A stretch of 64,000 nucleotides of DNA from a virus, in the IMG/VR virus record IMGVR_UViG_3300005617_000005, positions 1 through 64,000 of that record. The stretch is one strand, 5' to 3'. The translations under genes and the position numbers were made by a program. Shown here piece by piece: positions 8,440 to 17,303 of this stretch (positions are counted from its first letter, which is position 1; every line of letters starts with the position of its first letter). A model generated the notes under the pieces. That model saw only the letters and a list, made by a program, of their open reading frames with translations. It ran no database searches and was not told the origin of the DNA.

Positions 8440-10083
8440 GTGGCCAGCTACAGCGAGATCATGGCAAAGCAGCGTGACGCTGCACCCGATCACGCCGCAG
8501 CGTCGCGCAAACGCGTACCGGTCCTTCATGCAGACGAGAGGAAAAAAATGAAGCGCAAGCGACGAGCAACGAAAGCCCAGCTTCGGGCGCTCAAGAAAGC
8601 TCGAGCGGCGAAGCGCCGCAAGCACGCCGGCGAGGGCGTCGTCCGTCGCGCGAAGAGCGGCAAGTTCTCGAAGCGCGGCAAACACATTGCCGGTCGCGTC
8701 GGTGCGGAAGCACGTCGTCGTCGGCGAGGAAAGAAGCGTCGTCGCAGCGCGCGCGAGGCAGCACCGCCGCGCACGAAGCGAAACCGCGCAGCCACGAAGG
8801 CGCAGAAGCGCTATTTGCGCGCCGCACGCAAGGCGAAAAAGCGCCGGAACACGTCGTCGCAGAAGGAGCTTCTGGCCGCGATCCGCGGATTGAAGCCCTA
8901 CGCACCTCGTCGCAAGAAGCGAAAAAAGGGCAAGCGACGCAGTGGCAAGAGCACCAAGCGCTTGACGAAGCGCACGAAACGCGCTTCGCTACGGAAAGCG
9001 AGCACTCGTGCGGGGATGTCGAGGCGTTCAGCGAAAAAGAGGAAGAGCATGGCCCGCAAGAGGAAAAAGTCAGGTCGTCGTCGCAAGGGACATCGTCGCG
9101 CCACGAAGAAACAACTTCGTGCGCTCTCGAAGGCGCGTGCTCAGCGCAAGCGCAACTTGCGCCGCGGTCGTGGCCGTCGCCATCGAGTGAAGGGCTACGT
9201 CGCTCGTCGGCGCAAGTCGCGTTGGCGAGTTCCGTCGCACCTCTCGCGAGAGGCGCGTCGTCGTCGCCACGCGCACGCATTCGACAACCCGATGGACGGG
9301 ATCGAGTTCGGCATCGCGCTCTTCACCGGTCTCATCGGCTACGGCGCGATGAGCTTCGGTCGCCGCTACCTCGCTGCTCACCGACCGGAGGCGAGCGGAT
9401 CGCTTTCGGGCGTGATGGCGATGGAGCTCGCACCGATGGATTGGAAGCAGTGGTTGCTCGGCGCCGTTCTCACGATCGGTCCGACAGTCGGCGGCCACTT
9501 CATCAAGAACAAACCGCTTCGCAGCGTCGTCCAGGGCTTCGGCTTTGGCGCCGGCATCGCGACCGCGGGCAAAGCGCTCGACGACGGCATCGCCATGCTC
9601 ACGAAGAAGACCGAGCTCGGCGCGCTGCTCTACGCGCCGGAAGTTTCGGCGCAGGCGTACACCAAGCCGCAAGGCACGGGCGCCGGCGCTCTTCCGGAAG
9701 GCGAGTGCGAAACGTGCGGGCGCAGCGACGGTCTCGGCAAGTGCTGCCGTTCGTCGTACACGGGCGCACCGAACCGCATGGACGTGCGAGACAACCCGCC
9801 GTCCGTTCCTCCGGCGCAAGCCCAACCCCCGATCGAGGCACCGCCGCCCGTCGTCAACAACATGACGCCGCGTGACATCCCCGTGCCGCCGGCGCCTCCT
9901 CCGCCGCCGCAGATCGCGCAACCGCAGACGCCGACGTTCACGCCGCAAGTGCCCATCGGGCAAGCGTCGCCGAGCCCGGTGCCCGCAGCACCGATGCCGC
10001 AATCGCCGATCGTCGGCGTGCGTGGCTTCCCGAACAGGATCGCCGGACCCAACTACAACTGGGGCAACCCGAGCGACAACTGA
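8440..10083 (+). CDS. Very Arg/Lys-rich (protamine-like) putative core protein with membrane segments and Pro-rich tail
   Basis: About 250 aa of R/K-rich sequence, then AFDNP, hydrophobic helices, a CxxC...CC cluster and a Pro-rich C-terminus. Alternative start at ATG 8548 (GAGAGG upstream). Confidence 0.75.
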   Translation: MASYSEIMAKQRDAAPDHAAASRKRVPVLHADERKKMKRKRRATKAQLRALKKARAAKRRKHAGEGVVRRAKSGKFSKRGKHIAGRVGAEARRRRRGKKRRRSAREAAPPRTKRNRAATKAQKRYLRAARKAKKRRNTSSQKELLAAIRGLKPYAPRRKKRKKGKRRSGKSTKRLTKRTKRASLRKASTRAGMSRRSAKKRKSMARKRKKSGRRRKGHRRATKKQLRALSKARAQRKRNLRRGRGRRHRVKGYVARRRKSRWRVPSHLSREARRRRHAHAFDNPMDGIEFGIALFTGLIGYGAMSFGRRYLAAHRPEASGSLSGVMAMELAPMDWKQWLLGAVLTIGPTVGGHFIKNKPLRSVVQGFGFGAGIATAGKALDDGIAMLTKKTELGALLYAPEVSAQAYTKPQGTGAGALPEGECETCGRSDGLGKCCRSSYTGAPNRMDVRDNPPSVPPAQAQPPIEAPPPVVNNMTPRDIPVPPAPPPPPQIAQPQTPTFTPQVPIGQASPSPVPAAPMPQSPIVGVRGFPNRIAGPNYNWGNPSDN

Positions 10084-10100
10084 TCTCCGAGATTTCGAGA

Positions 10101-10149
10101 TGCTTGAGCCCCAACGACGAAAGTCCGAGGGGCTGAGGCATTGAAAAGA
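10101..10149 (+). repeat. Structured intergenic element, copy 1 (GAAA-capped stem-loop)
   Basis: TGCTTGAGCCCC-AAC-GAC-GAAA-GTC-CGA-GGGGCTGAGGCA-TTGAAAAGA. Confidence 0.8.
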
Positions 10150-10206
10150 CCAGAGTCGCTCGTCATACAGGTCTAGGAACTACCGAGCGAAAAGAAAGAA
10201 GAAGAC

Positions 10207-11673
10207 ATGCAGAAGATCACGCAAGAGCGCAGCCGTCCCGAGCCGACCCGAAGCATCAACCGCACCCCGATCGTCAATCGGATCAAGGTCGACAAGGACC
10301 TTCGTGACCGACGCACGATCGGTCTCGGCGTGCGCCCCGACGAGAGCAAGCTGAAGGCGGCGAACGCCGGCCTCGGCAAGCTCAAGGACGGACACATGCC
10401 CGATCCGAAGGAGCTCGGACTCGGCGCTCCGTTCAAGGGCGGCGAAGGCGCGCCCCCGATCGCGTCGCAGATCGTTCGTCGTGGCCTCGGCGATTTCGTC
10501 GACGCCATCCGCAACTCGGTCGCGTGCCCGATCTGGAACATGCCGGTCGTCGAGAGCTCGCGCGGCACCTTCGGTGGCCCGCTGCTCGACACGGACATCA
10601 CCCGCCTCTTCGGAGCGAGGATCAATCCGTTCGGCTGGAACGACACGACCGAGGGTCTCGACTCGTTCGACACCACGCTCGCGGAGAACGGCAAGACGCA
10701 GACGGCGATGCTCGTTTGCGCGGTCGGCTGGAAGCTCCAGCCCGAGCCGCTCTGCTTCACGCAGGAGATCAACGCGTGGACGGCGCCGGAGTCGACGGCG
10801 ACGCAGCCGTTCTCGCCGAACAACTTCACCACGAACGACCTCGCTGCGATCCTCGGCCAAGCCGTGGACACGCAGGACTTCGAGCCCGCCGTGCTCGAGT
10901 GGGGCTGGCCGCAGAACTACGCGTGCTGGCACATGGTCCGTGGCTACCACCTCCGCTGGATGGTCGGTCAGCACACGAACATCTTCGACGAGTCGCTCCG
11001 CAACACCGCGGTGATGCCGACGAACGCGCAAGAGGGCTCGGCGTCCTCGAGCGAGGTCGACATCAACGAGTTCATCCGTCGGGTGAACGACCGGTACACG
11101 GGTACCGGCGGTCTCGGCAGCAACATGGTCGCCCTCAAGTTCGACACGATCCGCCTCGGCGTCGTGGCGGGCGGTGGCAACGTCGGTCGCTTCGCTCCGT
11201 CGCGTACGGGCGAGCTCGCTGGCGCGACCTACGGCGGCATGGACCTCCGCAGCTTGCTCAAGAACAACGACGAGTTCCGCAAGCTCACGATCCCGTACTT
11301 CCTCAACGCGGCGATCCCGATCGGGCTCTTCGCGCAGGAGTCGGACAAGTTCCAGGCGGACATCATGCGCGCGTACCTCTCGGCGACCCAGTCGCCGGGC
11401 AACGCGGGCGGAACCGTTCCCCCGGCGATCGTCGACGCGGCGAACATCGCGCTCGGCCCGACGTCGGCGTTCCTCGAACGCACGATGGATGGCGCTGCGG
11501 ACGTCTCGCAGACCGTCTTCTCGCAGCGACGCCTGTTCAAGGGTGGCGATCTCAAGGTCGAGGTCGACATCAAGGGCTTCGAGGTCGACGAGGACTGGTA
11601 CAACGTCCTCAAGAACAACCCGGAGCTCCGGGACGCGTTCATGTGCGAGTGCGGCTGCGGCTGGCCGAAGTGA
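10207..11673 (+). CDS. Putative major capsid protein (non-HK97; jelly-roll type inferred)
   Basis: 488 aa with very strong G/C-ending codon bias, central in the virion module and bracketed by twin hairpins. Four GLG motifs lie in the first ~95 aa. Fold not verified. Confidence 0.55.
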   Translation: MQKITQERSRPEPTRSINRTPIVNRIKVDKDLRDRRTIGLGVRPDESKLKAANAGLGKLKDGHMPDPKELGLGAPFKGGEGAPPIASQIVRRGLGDFVDAIRNSVACPIWNMPVVESSRGTFGGPLLDTDITRLFGARINPFGWNDTTEGLDSFDTTLAENGKTQTAMLVCAVGWKLQPEPLCFTQEINAWTAPESTATQPFSPNNFTTNDLAAILGQAVDTQDFEPAVLEWGWPQNYACWHMVRGYHLRWMVGQHTNIFDESLRNTAVMPTNAQEGSASSSEVDINEFIRRVNDRYTGTGGLGSNMVALKFDTIRLGVVAGGGNVGRFAPSRTGELAGATYGGMDLRSLLKNNDEFRKLTIPYFLNAAIPIGLFAQESDKFQADIMRAYLSATQSPGNAGGTVPPAIVDAANIALGPTSAFLERTMDGAADVSQTVFSQRRLFKGGDLKVEVDIKGFEVDEDWYNVLKNNPELRDAFMCECGCGWPK

Positions 11674-11732
11674 TTCGGCACGAAGCAGATTGACGGCGCG
11701 CGAGCGCAATCTTTTCGCTTCGACATTCTAAC

Positions 11733-11781
11733 TGCCTGAGCCCCGACGGAGAAATCCCGAGGGGCTAAGGCATTGAAGAGG
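11733..11781 (+). repeat. Structured intergenic element, copy 2
   Basis: TGCCTGAGCCCC-GAC-GGA-GAAA-TCC-CGA-GGGGCTAAGGCA-TTGAAGAGG. Confidence 0.8.
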
Positions 11782-11785
11782 CCCG

Positions 11786-12532
11786 ATGCCGAAGCTGACA
11801 GAAGAAGAGACCGAACGCCTCCTGGACAAGATGGTCGAAGACCGCATCAAAGCGGTCGGCCTCGGTGGTCTCGGACAGCATTCGCCGATCGTCTCGCCGT
11901 CCGGCCTTGGAGCTGCACCGCGCGTCGGGCTCGGCTGCGGTGAAGATGCGGTCGTCCAGATGCTCCACCACGGCTACCCGCGGCTCGCGCTCGTTCGCGC
12001 GCTCGGCGTGCCGCTCGCTCCGTGGGTCATCAGCATCCCCTTCACGTTCGACACGCCAGAAGCAGAGCAGACGCTCGCGAACCAGGGCACGGACGGCACG
12101 ATCACGCAGGATGTGTTCGTCGAGGCAATGGTCACACGCGTGACCATCGATCGCGTGCCCGTCAGCCCGTTCGATGCTCCGGGCGACTACGCCTACAACT
12201 TCACGTCCGGCATCGAAGCAACGCTGCAAGTCGACGGGACGCCGCGCTACGAAGTCACGACCGACTTCACGCCGCTCTCGACGCTCACCGACGTGTTCAA
12301 CGGCAACTCGAAGTGGCCGTTCTCGTGGTGCTTCACGTACATGCAGCAACTCAAGATGCAGCTCCGGAATCGCATCCAGCTTCCGGATGCGCCGGTGACC
12401 GTGATCATCAGCTTCCGCGGTTGGCAGCCGGTGACCGATCTCCTCGTCAACATGACGAACCGAAACGCCGTCGAGCGTTTGCGGCAACTCGGCTACACCG
12501 TTCCGGACAGCTATCTCGACTACTTGCGCTGA
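11786..12532 (+). CDS. Putative second (small) capsid protein
   Basis: 248 aa with alternating beta-strand-like patterns; four GLG motifs in the first ~50 aa; follows the capsid candidate. Confidence 0.5.
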   Translation: MPKLTEEETERLLDKMVEDRIKAVGLGGLGQHSPIVSPSGLGAAPRVGLGCGEDAVVQMLHHGYPRLALVRALGVPLAPWVISIPFTFDTPEAEQTLANQGTDGTITQDVFVEAMVTRVTIDRVPVSPFDAPGDYAYNFTSGIEATLQVDGTPRYEVTTDFTPLSTLTDVFNGNSKWPFSWCFTYMQQLKMQLRNRIQLPDAPVTVIISFRGWQPVTDLLVNMTNRNAVERLRQLGYTVPDSYLDYLR

Positions 12533-12551
12533 TGGGCGCTGAAGGGCGCTC

Positions 12552-13571
12552 ATGAGTGACGACGAGAAAAAGGAGCTGAGAGGACGAATCGAGGTGCTCG
12601 AGCGCCGCCTCGTTGGTCTCGGCGATCGTCCGAGCCCGACGTCGTCGTTGTTCGGCAGCAAGATTCTCTCAGCGGCCAAGCCGAAGAGCATCGAGTTCAC
12701 GTCGAAGGGCGTCGACGAGGCGCTTCAAGGCATCGCGTCCGATGCGTGGGGCGGTCTACTCTGGCCGGGCCTTCGCGTGCCGACGCTGCCAACGCCGGAC
12801 CCGGAGCATCGCTATCTCTTTCTGCTCTGCTCGTTCACGATGTCCGCCGGCGACACCGCGCGCATCGACGGTCTCCGCAACGGCTGGTCGATGGGCTTCG
12901 ATCAAGTCACAAATCCGGGACAACAGGGGGAAACGCACCGCATCGTTGAGCAATGGATCAAGAGCCCGCTCTACAAAGGGCCGGACTTCAACGTGCTCTT
13001 CCACTTGCGCAAGCTCACGATCAACGAGCCACGACGCCCGAACCCGAGTGCCGTCGTCGATCCCGTGACGGGCTTTCTCGTTAGCACGGCGTTCAAGACG
13101 TCGGACACGCCCGCGCTGCTCTACAACACGATCGGCGGCGCCGTCGGCAACCCGTTCTACACCGGCCTCACCGGCTACGTGCCGCCGAACCGCGGACGTC
13201 CGTGGGGAAAACCTCTCGGCGGTCTCGGATCGTTTCAGGACATCAAGGCCGATTGGAGCAACCCCGGCGCGTGGCACGCGCTCGACATTCCGCTCAGGGG
13301 CCCGTGCCGCGTCGCGCTCTACGCGAGCGTGCAGCAAGGCAACCCCGCGACGCGCACGTTGCTCGACGTGCCGGGTGGGTCGATGGCGGATTTCCCGCTC
13401 GGACTTTCGGCCGAGGAGCAGTTCCTCGCGAAGTGGAGCGTCGCGCCGCTGACAGCGCAGCGACCGGGCCCGATCGCGTGGCGCGTCGCCGGCGCGCTTC
13501 GAGTGAAGTTCGAGGACATCACTCCGGGCTCGTCGATGTTCCGGAACTTCGTCATGGACGGTGAGAAATGA
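12552..13571 (+). CDS. Putative minor capsid/vertex protein
   Basis: 339 aa; N-terminal coiled coil ELRGRIEVLERRLV followed by GLG. Confidence 0.5.
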   Translation: MSDDEKKELRGRIEVLERRLVGLGDRPSPTSSLFGSKILSAAKPKSIEFTSKGVDEALQGIASDAWGGLLWPGLRVPTLPTPDPEHRYLFLLCSFTMSAGDTARIDGLRNGWSMGFDQVTNPGQQGETHRIVEQWIKSPLYKGPDFNVLFHLRKLTINEPRRPNPSAVVDPVTGFLVSTAFKTSDTPALLYNTIGGAVGNPFYTGLTGYVPPNRGRPWGKPLGGLGSFQDIKADWSNPGAWHALDIPLRGPCRVALYASVQQGNPATRTLLDVPGGSMADFPLGLSAEEQFLAKWSVAPLTAQRPGPIAWRVAGALRVKFEDITPGSSMFRNFVMDGEK

Positions 13572-14560
13572 GACGCAATCTTCTTGCGCTGGTTCGTGAA
13601 CCCGTTTTCCGGACGCCGGCGATCGACCAGAACGCGCCGCTTCCGACGCCGGCGCCGGGTGAAGCACTGCCCGGCGAGTACGGAGCCGCGGAGATCGCTC
13701 GTCGAGCTCGAATGGAGCAAGCGCTTCCGTCCGGTGAGAAAAAGTCTCCGCCGTATCGTCCGCCGCCGTACCAGTGGGGCGGCCTCCACGGAATCTCGAA
13801 GCAGAACCACGTCGCTGCGCTGAAACACCTCGCCGGTCTCGGTGGTGTGTGGTGCATGCACAAAGACAATCCGCCGCAGCGCGCGCCGCGCGGGTTCGGC
13901 GCCGGCGGCGCATCGGCGTTCACGATGACGGCCGCGCAAGCGCTCAACGATCATCTCGATACGAACAACTGCGCCGGCTGCAACGACATGACGTCGCAGC
14001 TTCGACAGCTCACGTTCGCGTTCAAGGCCGCGTACCTCACGGACACGGGGATCGCGCCGCAGGTGAACCTCAACATGAGCAGCGCGCTCGCGATGACGGC
14101 CTACGGGCCGGGCACCGATCAAGCGCTCGCGCTCGTTCTCGGCGCTGCGAAGTCGTACACGAACGGTCCGTGCACCGACGACAGCGGCAACTGCCTCGGA
14201 AAAACCCCGACGCCGATCATCCCGCCGGCGGTCTCGGCGCTCGAGCAGCAAATCGTCAAAGCGATCATGAGCGCGATCCAGCAAGCGCAATTCCTTCCGC
14301 AGCCCGAGCTCGTGAACGGGCTCGTGCAGGGCTTCGCCGCGCTGGTCAACCAGATCGGATTCGAGCTCGCGAAGCTCAATCAGCCGAAGGACGGCCCGAC
14401 GTTGATCGTCGACAAAACCGATCCGACCAAGACCGTCGTCGTGACAACGCCCCCGAAAGAGGGCTGGACTACGGGCGAGAAGATCGCCGCCGGCGTCGGC
14501 GCCGGCGTCGCGCTCACGGCAGTGGCGCTTCTCGTGTACAATGTCGCCAAAAGGAGCTGA
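13568..14560 (+). CDS. Membrane-anchored virion protein with Cys pairs and C-terminal TM
   Basis: Internal NHVAALKHLAGLG; C-terminal TM IAAGVGAGVALTAVALLVY. Confidence 0.7.
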   Translation: MRRNLLALVREPVFRTPAIDQNAPLPTPAPGEALPGEYGAAEIARRARMEQALPSGEKKSPPYRPPPYQWGGLHGISKQNHVAALKHLAGLGGVWCMHKDNPPQRAPRGFGAGGASAFTMTAAQALNDHLDTNNCAGCNDMTSQLRQLTFAFKAAYLTDTGIAPQVNLNMSSALAMTAYGPGTDQALALVLGAAKSYTNGPCTDDSGNCLGKTPTPIIPPAVSALEQQIVKAIMSAIQQAQFLPQPELVNGLVQGFAALVNQIGFELAKLNQPKDGPTLIVDKTDPTKTVVVTTPPKEGWTTGEKIAAGVGAGVALTAVALLVYNVAKRS

Positions 14561-14564
14561 GACT

Positions 14565-15209
14565 ATGAACCGTGTAGCGGCACTTCACCAATTGGCTCGA
14601 GCGCATCACGGGCTCGGGCGTGCGCGCGGAGAAGGTCTCGGCATTCCTGGTCCGTGGGGCAACGTTCCGGGGCAAGCGATCGCCGCTGGCACGTACGAGA
14701 TCAGCGGCACGCAGGTCTACCTGCGCGAGCAGCCGTCGACGTCGTCGGCCGACAAGGGCGCGTTCAACGCCACGTACGGCGACAACGGCGGGAAGGTCGT
14801 CGGCGAGCCGGATCAGGTCGACTTCGATGGTCAGACCGGCGATCAGGGCGGTCTGCGCTTCGCTTCCGTCACCGTGAAGACCGGCGCGCTCGCCGGCAAG
14901 AGCGGTTTCGTCGCGATGAAGTACATGGCGCCGGTCGGTTGGACCGCGTCGCACGGCGGAACGGGCTCTGCACCCGCGGCACCGCCGCCGGTCGATCAGG
15001 GCGGTGGGGGTGGAGGCTCGACGCCGCCGCTCGCAATGACGGGCGACGCGTCCGAGAAGTGGAAGCCGTGGCTCATCGGCGGGATCGCGGCGCTCGGCGC
15101 CGGCGGTCTCCTCTATCTGCTCTTCGGCACGAAGACAGGCAAGAAAGCTCGCCGGCGCGGCAAAGCACGCAGGCGTTTGCGCCGCATCCGTCGCGGCCGG
15201 AAGCGCTAG
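14565..15209 (+). CDS. SH3b-like domain protein with GLG leader, C-terminal TM and Arg-rich tail
   Basis: VYLREQPSTSS and GKSGFVAMKYM resemble bacterial SH3 motifs; AGGAG RBS upstream. Confidence 0.65.
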   Translation: MNRVAALHQLARAHHGLGRARGEGLGIPGPWGNVPGQAIAAGTYEISGTQVYLREQPSTSSADKGAFNATYGDNGGKVVGEPDQVDFDGQTGDQGGLRFASVTVKTGALAGKSGFVAMKYMAPVGWTASHGGTGSAPAAPPPVDQGGGGGGSTPPLAMTGDASEKWKPWLIGGIAALGAGGLLYLLFGTKTGKKARRRGKARRRLRRIRRGRKR

Positions 15210-16320
15210 TTCAGTTTCTTCCTGAACGGCGACGTGCCCGTCTTGTCGTAGTACGCCGTCTCCCACGCGTGCATCGCGTCGCGAAGCGTCGTTTCGAGCG
15301 GAAGCGCGTCGACCGCCTCGTCAGCCGCGCGCCGGCCGCGAGGATCAGGAAAAATCTGCTCGATCGTTTGGCCCTTGCGACTCAACCGAGCCGACTCCTG
15401 CCAGGGCCGGGCTTTTGGAGCGGTGGCGGTGCGGACGGTGCGGGCGGAGGCGTTCGATAAGGGCCAGTGAACAATCCGGGATCGCACAACGGACACGGCA
15501 CCGGTATTTTCCCGTGCGTCTCGCACTGAATGCTCCCCGCTTCGCGGCTCGCTTCTAGGTTGAGCTTTTTGGTCATGCGAAGCGTTGCGCGAAGACTCCA
15601 CACCTCGATCGTTTGCATGACGGCGTACACCGCGATGGCGGCGAGCGAGTAGACGAGCCACTGATCGGTCATGCCGGTTTCGCTTCGAGCGCAGCGTCGC
15701 GGATGCGCAGCCACGCTTCGATGTTGGCTGTTCGACCCGTTTCCTTCGCGTACTTTTCGGCTGCGTCGACGAAACGTCGCGCCGAGTCGATGATGAACTT
15801 CGCGTCTTCTGCATCGAGCTCGATCTTCACTTTCATTCTTCCCACCGTTCCGGATGCTCTGGAATCCAGTCTTGAATTGGTACGCGCTCGGGGTCGCTCT
15901 CGAACGTGTTGATGCAGCGTCCGTCCGGCAATGTGATCTCTTTGATGTAGTCCCACTCACCGACGTCCCAGAAAATCTCGACGACCCACCCGTTGCCGAG
16001 CTTGTAGTGTTCGTACCTCAGCTTCGTGATCGAAATCTCGCCGCGATCGACAGCGTTGAGCACGGCGAGAATCTCAGCGTCCGTGATCCCTTCGCGTTCG
16101 TCTCGCGCGAGAATCTTTTTGTCGAACCAGTCGGTCATTTCGCATCTCCGACGCGTGTGGCGCCGTTCGCTGACGCCATGAACATGTGGCCATCACAATA
16201 GTTCGCATGGTCGTACGCATCGTTTCGACCGTCAGCGGCAGCGCGATGCCATTTCGCGTGATGCTTCGCCGGCTCGGTGCATCGTTCCCACTCGCACTGC
16301 GGTTTTTTCTCGTCTGTCAC
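15206..16320 (-). other. Leftward run of five small coupled hypothetical genes (16135-16320, 15833-16138, 15669-15836, 15382-15672, 15206-15385)
   Basis: Successive 4-nt stop/start overlaps. Confidence 0.65.
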
Positions 16321-16382
16321 GGGATGCGCTAGAGCATAGAACTACTTGCGCTTGAGCACAACTCTGGCGTATCGTTGGGCCC

Positions 16383-16745
16383 ATGAAAAAGAAGAGGCTC
16401 AAGCCCCTCGGTGATCGCATCATCGTCAAGCGGGCGGAAGCAGAGAAGACGTCGCGAGGCACGCACGGCTCGCCCATCATCATCCCGGACAGCGCTCTCG
16501 AAAAGATGTCCGAGGGTGTCATCATCCGAATCGGCCAGGGCAAAACCCAAGAGGACGGCTACGTGCGTCCGTTGGATGTGGCGGTTGGCCAAACCGTGCT
16601 CTTCAGCAAGCACGCTGGCACCGACGTCAAGGTCAACGGCGAGGAGCTGCTCATTCTTCACGAGGAAGACCTCTTCGGCGTGCTCGAGGAGTTCGACGAC
16701 GAGGAAAAAGAAGCACCGACCGCGGACGCTACTGCTCCCTCATGA
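16383..16745 (+). CDS. groES: Co-chaperonin GroES
   Basis: LKPLGDRIIVKR...IIIPDSA...GQTVLFSKHAGTDVKVNGEELLILHEEDLFG. Leaderless promoter TTGCGC-N18-TATCGT upstream. Confidence 0.92.
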   Translation: MKKKRLKPLGDRIIVKRAEAEKTSRGTHGSPIIIPDSALEKMSEGVIIRIGQGKTQEDGYVRPLDVAVGQTVLFSKHAGTDVKVNGEELLILHEEDLFGVLEEFDDEEKEAPTADATAPS

Positions 16746-17143
16746 GCGTCGCGTACGCATCCGTCACGCACGTTGAAGCGGCAGGGCTGCACGCGCTGCA
16801 CGATCGTTTTTTGATCCTGCCCGACCCCGAAGAGAAGCGGTTGATCTGGCTTCCCGAGGACAAGTTCGCGAAGAACCGCACCGGCCACATCGTTTCGATG
16901 GGCAAGGGCATGAAGGTCAACGGCAAGGGCACGATCTCTTGGGGCCATCGCGTCTTCAAGTGGAAGGGCGCGCTCGACGAGCTCGGCTTCAACCGCTGGA
17001 AGATGCCGCCCGTGAACATCGGCGACCACGTTGTTTATCTGACGTGGAGCTTGCACGTCATCTATATCAGCGGGGTCGAACACCATCTCGTTCGCGATAC
17101 GTCGATCGAGGCTACGATCGAAGAGGAAGAAGAGAGCACATGA
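16742..17143 (+). CDS. Divergent GroES-like protein
   Basis: LHALHDRFLI...TGHIVSMGKG...VNIGDHVVY...ISGVEHHLVRDTSIEATIE follows the GroES pattern, with an insertion. Confidence 0.7.
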   Translation: MSVAYASVTHVEAAGLHALHDRFLILPDPEEKRLIWLPEDKFAKNRTGHIVSMGKGMKVNGKGTISWGHRVFKWKGALDELGFNRWKMPPVNIGDHVVYLTWSLHVIYISGVEHHLVRDTSIEATIEEEEEST

Positions 17144-17303
17144 GCGGATCACGTCCTGCATACCGAAAACCGATTCGTCGCAAACCGGCGGTGTGCAAAA
17201 CCAAAGGTTGCGGCAAACTCTGCACGAAGGGCGAGCGTCTCTGCAACGGGTGCAAGCTCGACATCGAGCACGGTCGCTACGGCAAGAAGAAACCTACGAA
17301 GGC

